From: Candidatus Gottesmanbacteria bacterium
GTDB lineage: Bacteria > Patescibacteriota > Microgenomatia > UBA10105 > UBA927
Assembly (NCBI GenBank): GCA_016214885.1
Contig: JACRMP010000005.1
Coordinates: 70,725 to 134,724 of the forward strand
Direction of reading: 5' to 3'
Length of the DNA stretch: 64,000 bases
Numbering within the stretch: the stretch's first letter is position 1; the number at the start of each line of letters is the position of its first letter. A program made the position numbers and the translations under genes. Positions 55,425 through 63,602 of this stretch are shown here, piece by piece. Under the pieces are notes generated by a model. That model worked only from the letters and a program-made list of their open reading frames with translations. It ran no database searches and was not told the origin of the DNA.

Positions 55425-56865
55425 TCTCCCATGTGTTCCGGTAATTCATACAATTTCTTATCAGCCGATACCTATCCTCGCGCATGCGATATACACTGAG
55501 CGCTCTCATTATTGCACGGTAAAGCGCCCGATCATCCCTCTGCATATAAGAAAATCCGTTTCCGCGACCAGTAACCAGTGAATAATCAACGATCATGTCG
55601 TTAAGACCCCCTGTTCTGCGCACAATAGGGATACAGCCATACCGCATGGCCTCTAGCACAACAATGCCGCCCGGCTCATAATTACTCGGCACTACAATCA
55701 TATCGGAGCCGGCAAAAACCATTCTCGGCATATGTATATCGTGCACAAGCTTAATACCCGTTTGACGGGGAAATTCCTTTCTTAAACGCCAAAATAATTC
55801 ACAATAATAATCTTCTCCATCGCCAATGCCTATTACCTGCAGCAAGGGTGTTTCTCGTAATATCCTTCTCATCGCCATGAAGAAAAATTCCAACCCTTTT
55901 TGTGAAGACATCCTTCCCACGTAACCCAACAACGGAGCGTCGCCGTGATCCGGCAATGAAAATATATTGCGTAATATTTTTTTGTTTTTTGCTCTATTCT
56001 TAATAACATTGATATCTGAATACCGGAACCCGATGTGTGTATCCGACTGAGGATCAAAATCACGGTAATCCAGGCCGTTTAGTATGCCGCTTAATTTGGG
56101 CCGTATCTTTGTTATCACCCTTCCCAGGTTATACGAGAATTCATAGTCATCCGATGCTATTTCTTTAGCATGAGTCGGGCTCACCGTATTCACTGCGTCG
56201 GCAAACACCATCCCCCTGGATAACGAGTTCTGTCTGCTTAATTCAGGCGATTCTAATGGAGCAAGAGGCGACTTCCCCATATCCAATTCAGCATCATCCA
56301 TATACTGAAATTTAATCTCATTTTGATACTTAAAATTGTGCACGGTGTATACAACAGGTATATATTTCAATGTCGTATAGCGCTTTACCCTTTTTAATAA
56401 CTCAACAAAATATCCGGTATGCCAATCATGACACTGTATTACATCGGGTAACCAGCCGCCGGCGCGCTTATGGAAGAGCAATAACTCAGCACACGTACGC
56501 GAAAACGTATAATATCTTTTATAATCATCCGCATATCCGTAAACCTGTGACCGCAAACCGAAATAATCCGGAATATCGATAAAATACATATACTCGTTTA
56601 CTGGACTTCTCTTCAGTATTTTGATGTGCAGCCACGATCCATGATTCATACCCGTATTCTTTCCGGTTATCCTCAGATTTTTTTCTTCCGAGTAAGTTTT
56701 TTTGTTTTCTTTTACGTAGTCAACTACGCTTTTGTGCAGAGGTGTTGCTATACGCACATCATGACCCTTCACCGACAATGCTTTTGCCAGTGCATATGTT
56801 CCCCTTGCCAAACCACCCACATGACTAAAGGGAGCTACCTCCGCAACCAGTATTAATACATTCAT
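55360..56865 (-). CDS. glgA: Glycogen/starch-synthase-like glycosyltransferase (GT5, GlgA-like)
   Basis: MNVLILVAEVAPFSHVGGLARGTYALAKAL is the classic GlgA N-terminus, corresponding to KxGGL. LLGYVGRMSSQKGLEF is the C-terminal GT-B motif. Confidence 0.65.
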   Translation of the reverse strand: MNVLILVAEVAPFSHVGGLARGTYALAKALSVKGHDVRIATPLHKSVVDYVKENKKTYSEEKNLRITGKNTGMNHGSWLHIKILKRSPVNEYMYFIDIPDYFGLRSQVYGYADDYKRYYTFSRTCAELLLFHKRAGGWLPDVIQCHDWHTGYFVELLKRVKRYTTLKYIPVVYTVHNFKYQNEIKFQYMDDAELDMGKSPLAPLESPELSRQNSLSRGMVFADAVNTVSPTHAKEIASDDYEFSYNLGRVITKIRPKLSGILNGLDYRDFDPQSDTHIGFRYSDINVIKNRAKNKKILRNIFSLPDHGDAPLLGYVGRMSSQKGLEFFFMAMRRILRETPLLQVIGIGDGEDYYCELFWRLRKEFPRQTGIKLVHDIHMPRMVFAGSDMIVVPSNYEPGGIVVLEAMRYGCIPIVRRTGGLNDMIVDYSLVTGRGNGFSYMQRDDRALYRAIMRALSVYRMREDRYRLIRNCMNYRNTWESAASEYEQLFRSVSKDYGKST

Positions 56866-56879
56866 GTTTTCTTTCTTGT

Positions 56880-58208
56880 CTAAACAATATCTTCTAAATC
56901 TGCGAAAAACTCATTGAGCACTCGCCGTTTCAGATGTGGCAAAAAATAGCATTTATATAAAACAATTTTTTTGGCTGTGTTCGGATAAAATAACACATTT
57001 GTTTTACCTGGAAAAAAATTGTATTTTTCTTCAATATTTTTTGGCAAACGAAAGTGCGTTAGCCCCTTGAACACAAGTCCGCATGAAAGGCTGTCTGCAT
57101 GAGTAATTACCTCTGTTTCCGGCAGCATCGCCTGAATTTTTTCTATAAAAAACTTCTTGTTTCTCTTCTGCTCATTTACTATATCGGTATACCCTGTTTT
57201 ACCCAACGTGTGGATCATAGTCCAAATACTAATTGCAGGTATGCCGGACCGTGAACCCAAAAGGGTAGCATCGGTTTCACGCAGGTAGTCAATCTTCCGT
57301 TCAATAATTCTTTTTAATTCTCTTCGATAAATGATGGTACCCGCAGGATACGGCACCTGTCCGAATTTATGAAAATCGACAACAAACGTCTTTATGTAAG
57401 ATGACTGAAACGGACGGAAATCTTTTCGGATAAACGGAGAAACTAATCCGCTCATCGCAGCATCAATCCAGAAAAAAAACTCGGTATTTTTTAACTTCTT
57501 TTTTAATTTGTCGGCCTCCCGGACAATCGACTCGATATCATCACTTGTTCCTGTAGAGGTATAACCAAGAGTAAGCGGGATAATAAACCCACGATACCCT
57601 TTCCTGAAAAGAGTTTGCACTAGATTTTTAAATCCATCCCCGTCCATACCCCATTTAGTATTTAGCGGCACGACAAATTGCGGAACACTGCAAAGTTGCC
57701 CAGCCTTCCTCACTGAATAGTGTGTCAGACTCGATTTGAGAAGGCAGATCATTTTTTTGCCGAAATGCTGCTCAAGGTACTGCTTACCCAACCAGACCGA
57801 AAAAATATTACCCTCTGTTGCGCCACTGGTAATATAGCCGCGTAAACCCACATGGCTTCCTCTATATAAATCGATCATGCTGTGAATAACTTCATACTCC
57901 AGCTCAGTTGTCGCGTAGGTTTGACTCACATTATCAGACCAATCGCCTAAATTCCCCGGATTATATTTAATGAACTGCTTATAAACACTGGCTGCCTCGA
58001 AATGTGGCAACGTATACAGTGAACCCAAATTGTATGTAACATTTCTTTGTTTGAGCTCAGACTCCAACCCATACAATCTCGCCTTAACCCTAAATGGTGC
58101 GGTGGGTATTCCGGGAAAAATATGTTTTGATATGCCTTTATACAATAACGACGGCTTCTCAAACTGAGAGAACACCTTCCGGGCGAATGTTTTTATTCCT
58201 ATTGGCAT
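56880..58208 (-). CDS. Pyridoxal-dependent decarboxylase, group II fold
   Basis: VVDFHKFGQVPYPAG is the S-x-HK PLP-lysine motif. ITSGATEGN is the glycine-rich PLP-phosphate loop. Start moved to the internal Met (MPIGIK) so that it no longer overlaps the upstream gene. Confidence 0.65.
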   Translation of the reverse strand: MPIGIKTFARKVFSQFEKPSLLYKGISKHIFPGIPTAPFRVKARLYGLESELKQRNVTYNLGSLYTLPHFEAASVYKQFIKYNPGNLGDWSDNVSQTYATTELEYEVIHSMIDLYRGSHVGLRGYITSGATEGNIFSVWLGKQYLEQHFGKKMICLLKSSLTHYSVRKAGQLCSVPQFVVPLNTKWGMDGDGFKNLVQTLFRKGYRGFIIPLTLGYTSTGTSDDIESIVREADKLKKKLKNTEFFFWIDAAMSGLVSPFIRKDFRPFQSSYIKTFVVDFHKFGQVPYPAGTIIYRRELKRIIERKIDYLRETDATLLGSRSGIPAISIWTMIHTLGKTGYTDIVNEQKRNKKFFIEKIQAMLPETEVITHADSLSCGLVFKGLTHFRLPKNIEEKYNFFPGKTNVLFYPNTAKKIVLYKCYFLPHLKRRVLNEFFADLEDIV

Positions 58209-58215
58209 AGTAGTT

Positions 58216-59034
58216 TTATATTTTCTGTATGATCCCCAAACCGGACTCTTTAGGAAAGGGAAATATAATTGCGTGCTTTTTGTCAATTTCCTTCCAAAGC
58301 CTCCATACACCAAATAATCCCTTATCTAAATATCCACGGGCAACCACATCGTGGAATGATATAAAACCACCACGATCCAATTTCGGCCAAAAAAGCCGCC
58401 AATCATCTTTTACTCCTCTGTACGAATGATCGCCATCAATATAGATATATTGATACCGTTTCTTCGGAAATTTTTTTGCGTATACCGCACTCCGCATAAC
58501 GTGGGTGGTTATATAGTGTTGAACGCCTATTCGGGAAAAATGTTTTTTGATATTTTCTTTTTTCCAGAATCCAATTCCGCTCCAGTGTTTTGATGGCTCA
58601 TCCTGACCGTATCCCGCATCAACAAAGTCTATGTGTCCTTTTCTATTGTCTTTGCAGGCACGGGCGAGTGTTGCAGGAATATATCCTTTTCTGGATCCAA
58701 TTACCAAAATATTTTCAGGTTTCAAATTCCTTACGAACGCATAATGAATAAGTCCAAATCCCAAAAAAAACTGGGTATGGTTTACCTGATGCCCGTCATC
58801 CCCGTTATATAATTCAATAAGCGCACGGCTCATTGACCGTTTCATGAGTGATTGCTGATAGGAGGGGTATAACAGTCCGGAATTGATTAACAATTCTTTA
58901 AGCTCAATAATCTGTAGCCTGATTATCCAAAAAAATTTTCTTAATCCAAACCACTTTACCGCATCCAAATAACGCATCAGAACATTATTATTCATGAAGT
59001 TCGATTCGGTGGACAGGCAAATTTCCGCTGCCAT
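58216..59034 (-). CDS. Class I SAM-dependent methyltransferase (Methyltransf_24 / CmcI-like)
   Basis: ILVIGSRKGYIPATLA, IDFVDAG and YIYIDGDHSY. Confidence 0.5.
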   Translation of the reverse strand: MAAEICLSTESNFMNNNVLMRYLDAVKWFGLRKFFWIIRLQIIELKELLINSGLLYPSYQQSLMKRSMSRALIELYNGDDGHQVNHTQFFLGFGLIHYAFVRNLKPENILVIGSRKGYIPATLARACKDNRKGHIDFVDAGYGQDEPSKHWSGIGFWKKENIKKHFSRIGVQHYITTHVMRSAVYAKKFPKKRYQYIYIDGDHSYRGVKDDWRLFWPKLDRGGFISFHDVVARGYLDKGLFGVWRLWKEIDKKHAIIFPFPKESGLGIIQKI

Positions 59035-59069
59035 ACAACAACCGCATCACCCAGCTAAAGTAATAACAG

Positions 59070-59157
59070 CGGAGAGGGTGGGACTCGAACCCACAAATCC
59101 CCTGACGGAGATAACAGTTTTCGAGACTGTCCGGATAGCCATTCCCTGCACCTCTCC
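59070..59157 (-). tRNA. tRNA-Ser (anticodon CGA), type II
   Basis: Acceptor GGAGAGG/CCTCTCC, anticodon stem ACAGT/ACTGT, loop CTCGAAA, long variable arm, T-loop TTCGAGT, discriminator G. Confidence 0.8.
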
Positions 59158-59204
59158 ACAAATACACCCCGTATTATACTTCAATTGCAGCGTCGACGGG
59201 AAAA

Positions 59205-59618
59205 TCAGAGTGACGTGATGTCGCCGTTTAAGATGGTTGGACGCATGCTCGCAAGCTCCAGCTCATAACTCATCTTAGGCAGAGGATAGAGGATATATAA
59301 TTTTTTTCCCAAATAAAAAGCGACTCCCATCTCTAAAAACGTATTGCCGCCAATGTATCCCGGTATACCCTTATGCACCGGGTTCACCACAAGTACCGCA
59401 TCCGACGCTTCAATTTTTCGGAAGTGCTCCCGGATAAAATCATGCTTCGTTTCGGCTTCAAGCCGTTCCTTTACCGTCTCCGGCTTTTTAAAGGCGCCAC
59501 TCTCGATAAGGGGTAAGCTTTTGGGAACAAGCGCGTTGTGTCCGAGTGAAACGAGCGCTTTCTCAATATCGCGCATTTCTTTGTGGAACATGAGGCTTCC
59601 GCAGATGGCTATTGTCAT
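59205..59618 (-). CDS. Nucleoside 2-deoxyribosyltransferase-like superfamily protein (DUF4406-like), paralog B
   Basis: MTIAICGSLMF...FIREHFRKIEASDAVLVVN...KGIPGYIGGNTFLEMGVAF. This is colinear with paralog A at 53926-54342. Start set at MTIAICGS so that it abuts, rather than overlaps, the tRNA-Arg. Confidence 0.45.
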   Translation of the reverse strand: MTIAICGSLMFHKEMRDIEKALVSLGHNALVPKSLPLIESGAFKKPETVKERLEAETKHDFIREHFRKIEASDAVLVVNPVHKGIPGYIGGNTFLEMGVAFYLGKKLYILYPLPKMSYELELASMRPTILNGDITSL

Positions 59619-59624
59619 ATCGAG

Positions 59625-59696
59625 TACGCCCAACAGGAGTCGAACCTGTATCAGAAGCTCCGCAAGCTCCTATTCTATCCATTGAACTATGGGCGC
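59625..59696 (-). tRNA. tRNA-Arg (anticodon GCG by manual fold)
   Basis: Acceptor GCGCCCA/TGGGCGT with a 1-72 G-U pair. The D-arm is identical to the tRNA-Arg(CCG) at 51580. Anticodon stem GGAGC/GCTTC, loop TTGCGGA, T-loop TTCGACT. Confidence 0.65.
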
Positions 59697-59736
59697 AAAT
59701 ACCTTCCGTATTGTACACCAAAAGCAAAGGGGTGCG

Positions 59737-60252
59737 CTACGCCTGAGGTTTTTCTAGGGGAATCTTCTCGGTGATCCACCTGGCCGCATTATCTACCCAC
59801 GTGCGATCCGGCTGCTCTCTAAAAGGTATATGCTGAGCCACCCGTTCCCGGATTTTATCCCTTGGCTGATCCGCCAGGAGTATAATTACCCGCGGCGCCA
59901 TAAACAGGCGCAGAACAAGCATGTGCTGCCCCCATTGTTCCTCAAACCAAAAATCTGCGCACTCTTCCCAACGGTAAAAATGCCCGCCGCTTTCTATACC
60001 TAAATTGGTTATCCGATGATCAATTTCCTCAGGCGGAACGGTCGAAAGCACATAAATAAGAAATACGATGGACAATACAGTGGCAATAAGTACGAATTCA
60101 CGGACAAACACAAGAATTACTGATAACAAAAATACGATCGCTCCGATATTTACAAAAAACTCACGGTCACGCTTTTTAAACAAGCGGGAAGGGGAGCTCC
60201 AGGAAGCGTAAACCTCCTCATCTTTGCGTGGAGAGTGTGCTGAGGCGTTCAT
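59737..60252 (-). CDS. Hypothetical membrane protein
   Basis: 171 aa with two central TM helices. No motif recognised. Confidence 0.35.
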   Translation of the reverse strand: MNASAHSPRKDEEVYASWSSPSRLFKKRDREFFVNIGAIVFLLSVILVFVREFVLIATVLSIVFLIYVLSTVPPEEIDHRITNLGIESGGHFYRWEECADFWFEEQWGQHMLVLRLFMAPRVIILLADQPRDKIRERVAQHIPFREQPDRTWVDNAARWITEKIPLEKPQA

Positions 60253-60341
60253 ATAATTTTAGTATATCGTGATACACCTGAATTGCCAAGCACACATACA
60301 AAAAAATCTGCACTAGGCAGATAAACATCATCGTGTATTTG

Positions 60342-60426
60342 CGGAGAGGGTGGGATTTGAACCCACGGTATCTTGCGATACGGAAGTTTAGTAAACTTCT
60401 GCACTAGGCCACTATGCGACCTCTCC
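60342..60426 (-). tRNA. Type II tRNA (Ser-like body) with unusual anticodon loop TTACTAA, apparent anticodon ACU
   Basis: Acceptor GGAGAGG/CCTCTCC with discriminator G, long variable arm, T-arm GGGTTCAAATCCC. The anticodon arm is a perfect palindrome, GAAGTTTA-C-TAAACTTC. No GCT, TGA, CGA or GGA anticodon is available in the loop. Confidence 0.55.
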
Positions 60427-60432
60427 CTTGAG

Positions 60433-60515
60433 CGGAGGGGACAGGACTCGAACCTGCAAGCCCTTACGGGCGCCAGTTTTCAAGACTGGTTCCTTACCAT
60501 TCGGAGCACCCCTCC
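60433..60515 (-). tRNA. tRNA-Ser (anticodon UGA), type II
   Basis: Acceptor GGAGGGG/CCCCTCC, anticodon stem CCAGT/ACTGG, loop CTTGAAA, long variable arm, T-loop TTCGAGT, discriminator G. Confidence 0.8.
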
Positions 60516-60535
60516 AACGTCCGCATTATATCATT

Positions 60536-61174
60536 CTATTTGAGAGACAGTTCAGTTTTTCGAACAAAATCTTCATAAAGCCCAATAAGCTTGAGCTGAA
60601 GACGGTAATCCTGATAACGAACAGTGCACGTTCCCTGATACCGCACTCTGTGCTTTTTACCGTTTGGAGCAGTAATAGTAGGCTTAATAAATTGCTCGGG
60701 CGGAATACTTAACGTTATGCTCCAAAATGATTTGAGTTGTTCGTAATCCTGATCTGTATGAATCTGTAAATGAATTCGAAACTTTCTGTTATCAAGGCTA
60801 AACCCTTTTCGTAAAAGCCGGATAAATGTATGAATCAAATCTGGATCACTATTCGTAAGTGCCATCTTATTGCTTGCAGGATATTTTGCCCCTTCGCACC
60901 AGTAAATAAGTGCGGCATACAGTTTCGCGCGCTCTGTCGTTATTTCCTTCGCATCGTCTATGGCAGATATCTCAGTGAGCTTCAGTTCTGCTCTCTTTCT
61001 TTCATGAAATGAACTTAATATATCCGATTTTGAATACACCACCGTTCCATAACACCAATTTCTAATAGTCGATGACGGGATACCATGAAGACGGGATAAG
61101 TGGTAAAAAGAGTATTTGTGCTCCTTTCGTTCTGTTCGTATTTGGTCGATGATACTGTCCGAATACCTTTTCAT
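60536..61174 (-). CDS. HTH-containing protein with a degenerate LAGLIDADG-like motif, located between tRNA-Ser genes
   Basis: YHLSRLHGIPSSTIRNW is HTH-like. AALIYWCEGAKY is loosely LAGLIDADG-like (L-I-x-x-x-E-G). Start set at MKRYSD so that it ends 3 nt from the tRNA-Ser(GCU). Confidence 0.3.
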   Translation of the reverse strand: MKRYSDSIIDQIRTERKEHKYSFYHLSRLHGIPSSTIRNWCYGTVVYSKSDILSSFHERKRAELKLTEISAIDDAKEITTERAKLYAALIYWCEGAKYPASNKMALTNSDPDLIHTFIRLLRKGFSLDNRKFRIHLQIHTDQDYEQLKSFWSITLSIPPEQFIKPTITAPNGKKHRVRYQGTCTVRYQDYRLQLKLIGLYEDFVRKTELSLK

Positions 61175-61177
61175 GGC

Positions 61178-61261
61178 GGAGAGTATGGGAGTCGAACCCA
61201 TTCAGGACTATTCATCCTGCAGGTTTAGCAAACCTGTGCCTTACCGTCCGGCCCACTCTCC
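61178..61261 (-). tRNA. tRNA-Ser (anticodon GCU), type II
   Basis: Acceptor GGAGAGT/ACTCTCC, anticodon stem CAGGT/ACCTG, loop TTGCTAA, long variable arm AGGATGAATAGTCCTGAA, T-loop TTCGACT, discriminator G. Confidence 0.8.
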
Positions 61262-61294
61262 GTCGCTTCATTATATGTTTTAAAACCCTTCACA

Positions 61295-61969
61295 TCAACC
61301 AATTGATTCACACGTATCCTTACTTTGTATTACCAAAATGACTCCGCTATGGACGGTTATGGTGGCGTAGTCATCGATAATCTCGTTACTAATACCCAAC
61401 GTAGAACCAACAGCAAACGTACGGCGCGAAACATTATAAGCAAACCCAGCAAGACTGAGGATAGCGTTTTTATGTATCGGAATCACAGAAACATATCGGA
61501 AACCAGGCTCACCGGACAGAACTAATAGACGACGCACAATGTATATTTTATTGAAGTTATCCACAATTACTCCATAAATATTGTGCGACGCTAGCTTCTG
61601 CAACACATGAATTGCCCCCATGGCATGGTCAAACCGCTTCCCTGTAGCCCCATAAATCCGCACCTCAGAAGGTCGCATCGGTATCACTTCTTCTGAGGCA
61701 AGTTCTAAATCTGTCACGTCTTTTTCCGGAGGGTGTTCTATGTATTTATGAACGCCATTATGGATCCTCCGCTTTTGTGTAGCCGTCACCGAATCGAAAT
61801 CGCCGATGGCCACATCGGGAGTGACCCCGTTATCCATAAGCCATAACGCTCCCCGGTCTACCCCAATGATCACGGAGGCGGCGCGTATGGACGGCAAAAA
61901 TCGACGGGAAAGCACTCCACCCGCGACTATAGATACAATTTTAGATTGTCCTGACGCTCTGATACTCAT
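61295..61969 (-). CDS. Thiamine pyrophosphokinase (TPK/ThiN)
   Basis: VIIGVDRGALWL...PDVAIGDFDS is the GDFDS catalytic motif, with the KDVTDLELA region. Start set at MSIRASG. Confidence 0.65.
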   Translation of the reverse strand: MSIRASGQSKIVSIVAGGVLSRRFLPSIRAASVIIGVDRGALWLMDNGVTPDVAIGDFDSVTATQKRRIHNGVHKYIEHPPEKDVTDLELASEEVIPMRPSEVRIYGATGKRFDHAMGAIHVLQKLASHNIYGVIVDNFNKIYIVRRLLVLSGEPGFRYVSVIPIHKNAILSLAGFAYNVSRRTFAVGSTLGISNEIIDDYATITVHSGVILVIQSKDTCESIG

Positions 61970-61970
61970 A

Positions 61971-62648
61971 TTATCGTGCCAACGTAACACCCCAAACGGT
62001 ATGTGTTCCGGCGCGCTTCAGTGTAGCCGCTGCCGACCGCAATGTCGCACCGGTTGTAAACACATCATCCACCAGTAAAATATTCATAGCCCTTTTATAT
62101 CCTGCAGTCACGGCAAAAATCCCCTTCATGTTTATAAGCCGCTCCTCCCTGTTGGAAAGAGCTACCTGCGGCGCAGTTTGTTTTGTGCGCCGTAGCATAT
62201 CGGTTTGCATGGGGATATGCAACACCATCCCAAGCTCGCGTCCTATTACTTCCGCCTGATTAAACCCCCTATCCCTCTCCCGGGTCACGTGAAGCGGAAC
62301 AGGAACGATAATTGCACCGGATGATAATTCCCAAAACCGAAACATCTGCTCCGGAACGATAGAAACTAAATCATGCGCCAAATCGGAAACCAGCCGGTAC
62401 TTCATGGATTTTATAGCCCGGCGTATCACTCCTGTATACCGAAAAAAGCTTGTAAGGCCATCAAGCCCATAGCGGGTACGGCAACGGGGATGCGTCCTGC
62501 CGCCCATGGCAAAACCACCACACATAGGACAAATTGCTTCATTTACGGCGATGAGGGGCAACGCGGATATACACCGGGAACAAAAATACCTGCCTAGCCT
62601 CCCACAGCCAACACACCGCTTGGGAAATATGACATCGAGGAAAGACAC
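61971..62648 (-). CDS. comF: ComF-family protein (double zinc ribbon plus phosphoribosyltransferase domain)
   Basis: N-terminal CVGCG...CSRC and CPMCGG...HPRC zinc ribbons. The C-terminal PRTase motif is ILLVDDVFTTGATL. GTG start with an AAGGAGG RBS. Confidence 0.75.
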   Translation of the reverse strand: MSFLDVIFPKRCVGCGRLGRYFCSRCISALPLIAVNEAICPMCGGFAMGGRTHPRCRTRYGLDGLTSFFRYTGVIRRAIKSMKYRLVSDLAHDLVSIVPEQMFRFWELSSGAIIVPVPLHVTRERDRGFNQAEVIGRELGMVLHIPMQTDMLRRTKQTAPQVALSNREERLINMKGIFAVTAGYKRAMNILLVDDVFTTGATLRSAAATLKRAGTHTVWGVTLAR

Positions 62649-62700
62649 AATAAAGCCTCCTTATACCATTGTACAAGGAGGCAGCATTGCTTGCCCTATC

Positions 62701-62721
62701 TCCCCCCGCCGATGGCGGGGG
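62701..62721. terminator. Perfect GC-rich hairpin immediately 3' of the tmRNA candidate
   Basis: CCCCCCGCC-GAT-GGCGGGGGG, a 9-bp stem. No flanking U-tract, so it could be a processing or stability structure rather than a terminator. Confidence 0.35.
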
Positions 62722-62727
62722 GCGCGA

Positions 62728-63145
62728 ATGGGTGGAGATGCCGAGTAATGAGCTCGGGTCCGAAGGAATACATCAAAAACTTCTACAAGCGTAGTCCGTT
62801 TAATTCTCCAGAAAAGACAAAAGCGGACAAATACTTCCCTGGAGGGTTGATCGAAAAATTCTCCAGCTGTTCCCGATCATGAACAGCCTGACGGCCTGGC
62901 TTTGTTTACACCCCGGAAATCCTCACCAGACGAAAGAATAATCGGGATGGATCTTAGTTGGCGTACGCGTAAGCGTAAGCTGACTGTGATCGCTTAAGGG
63001 CAAGCCGTTCTACAAGGTAGGCGTACTTTTCCTCAAGCTCGCTAAGTGTATTAGCAATTATCATTTGACAATAATTTTTACGGCTCTTTTGTCGTCGCCG
63101 GCTTGCTGTTTTTTAATGTGCTCGCATCGTCGATGCAATCATCCC
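62728..63145 (-). ncRNA. ssrA: tmRNA (SsrA) candidate directly downstream of smpB
   Basis: The minus-strand 5' end GGGGATGATTGCATCGACGATGCGAGC matches the tmRNA 5' consensus (GGGG.UGAUU...UUCGACGGG in E. coli). About 92 nt in, GCCGTAAAAATTATTGTCAAATGATAATT-GCT-AAT resembles the resume-codon context. The 3' end CATCTCC-A-CC pairs with the 5' GGGGATG, and the T-arm-like segment is CCGAG-CTCATTA-CTCGG. It begins 1 nt after the smpB stop. Confidence 0.55.
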
Positions 63146-63589
63146 CTATTTGACTTTACCCCGAAAATCCCGCTCCAATTCCCTTTTTTGCTGCTCCCGC
63201 CTCATTTTCTCCCGTTTTTCGTATTGTTTCTTCCCGCGGGCGAGCCCCACTTCGAGCTTAATTCTGGGGCCTTTAGTATACCAGCTTATAGGAATAAGGG
63301 TCAAATTAGCGCCATCTATCTTGCTTTTTATGCTGATAAGCTCGCGCTTGTGGAGGAGGAGCTTTCTGGTCTTTTTGGGGTCGTATCCTTCGGGGCGGGC
63401 GTACAAATAGGGAAAAATATGGGCGTTGATTAAGTACGCCTCGCTACCCAGAATACGCACGAACGATCCGTCAAGCTTAGCGTGCCCGCTTCGCAACGAC
63501 TTCACCTCCTGCCCACTAAGCACAATCCCTGCTTCAAACCGGTCAAGGATCTCGTAATCGAACGTGGCTTTTTTGTTGACTATTTTCAT
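63146..63589 (-). CDS. smpB: SsrA-binding protein SmpB
   Basis: MKIVNKKATFDYEILDRFEAGIVLSGQEVKSLR...LLLHKRE, strongly conserved SmpB blocks. Start set at MKIVNKK. Confidence 0.85.
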   Translation of the reverse strand: MKIVNKKATFDYEILDRFEAGIVLSGQEVKSLRSGHAKLDGSFVRILGSEAYLINAHIFPYLYARPEGYDPKKTRKLLLHKRELISIKSKIDGANLTLIPISWYTKGPRIKLEVGLARGKKQYEKREKMRREQQKRELERDFRGKVK

Positions 63590-63602
63590 ATTCCAGTAAG
63601 GA

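Noticed and set aside
59625-59696. Possibility that the tRNA-Arg(GCG) and tRNA-Arg(CCG) folds are wrong because position 1-72 is G-U
   Set aside because: The rest of the cloverleaf (D-arm, anticodon arm, T-arm TTCGACT) is canonical in both. A terminal G-U pair is tolerated, so the calls are kept but with reduced confidence.
49999-61261. Calling the tRNA-rich segment a discrete integrated mobile element
   Set aside because: No integrase, no recognisable att direct repeats flanking any tRNA 3' end, and the interspersed genes are mostly metabolic. Only a degraded-island hypothesis is retained, as a finding.
62728-63145. Calling a definite tmRNA proteolysis tag (ANTLSELEEKYAYLVERLALKRSQSAYAYAYAN)
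   Set aside because: The frame is 33 codons long and does not end in the usual hydrophobic (Y)ALAA-like terminus. The resume codon cannot be fixed without a covariance model, so only the tmRNA candidate itself is reported.
63065-63433. Plus-strand ORFs (122 aa and 86 aa) overlapping smpB
   Set aside because: They are antisense to the strongly conserved SmpB coding sequence and have no conserved motifs.
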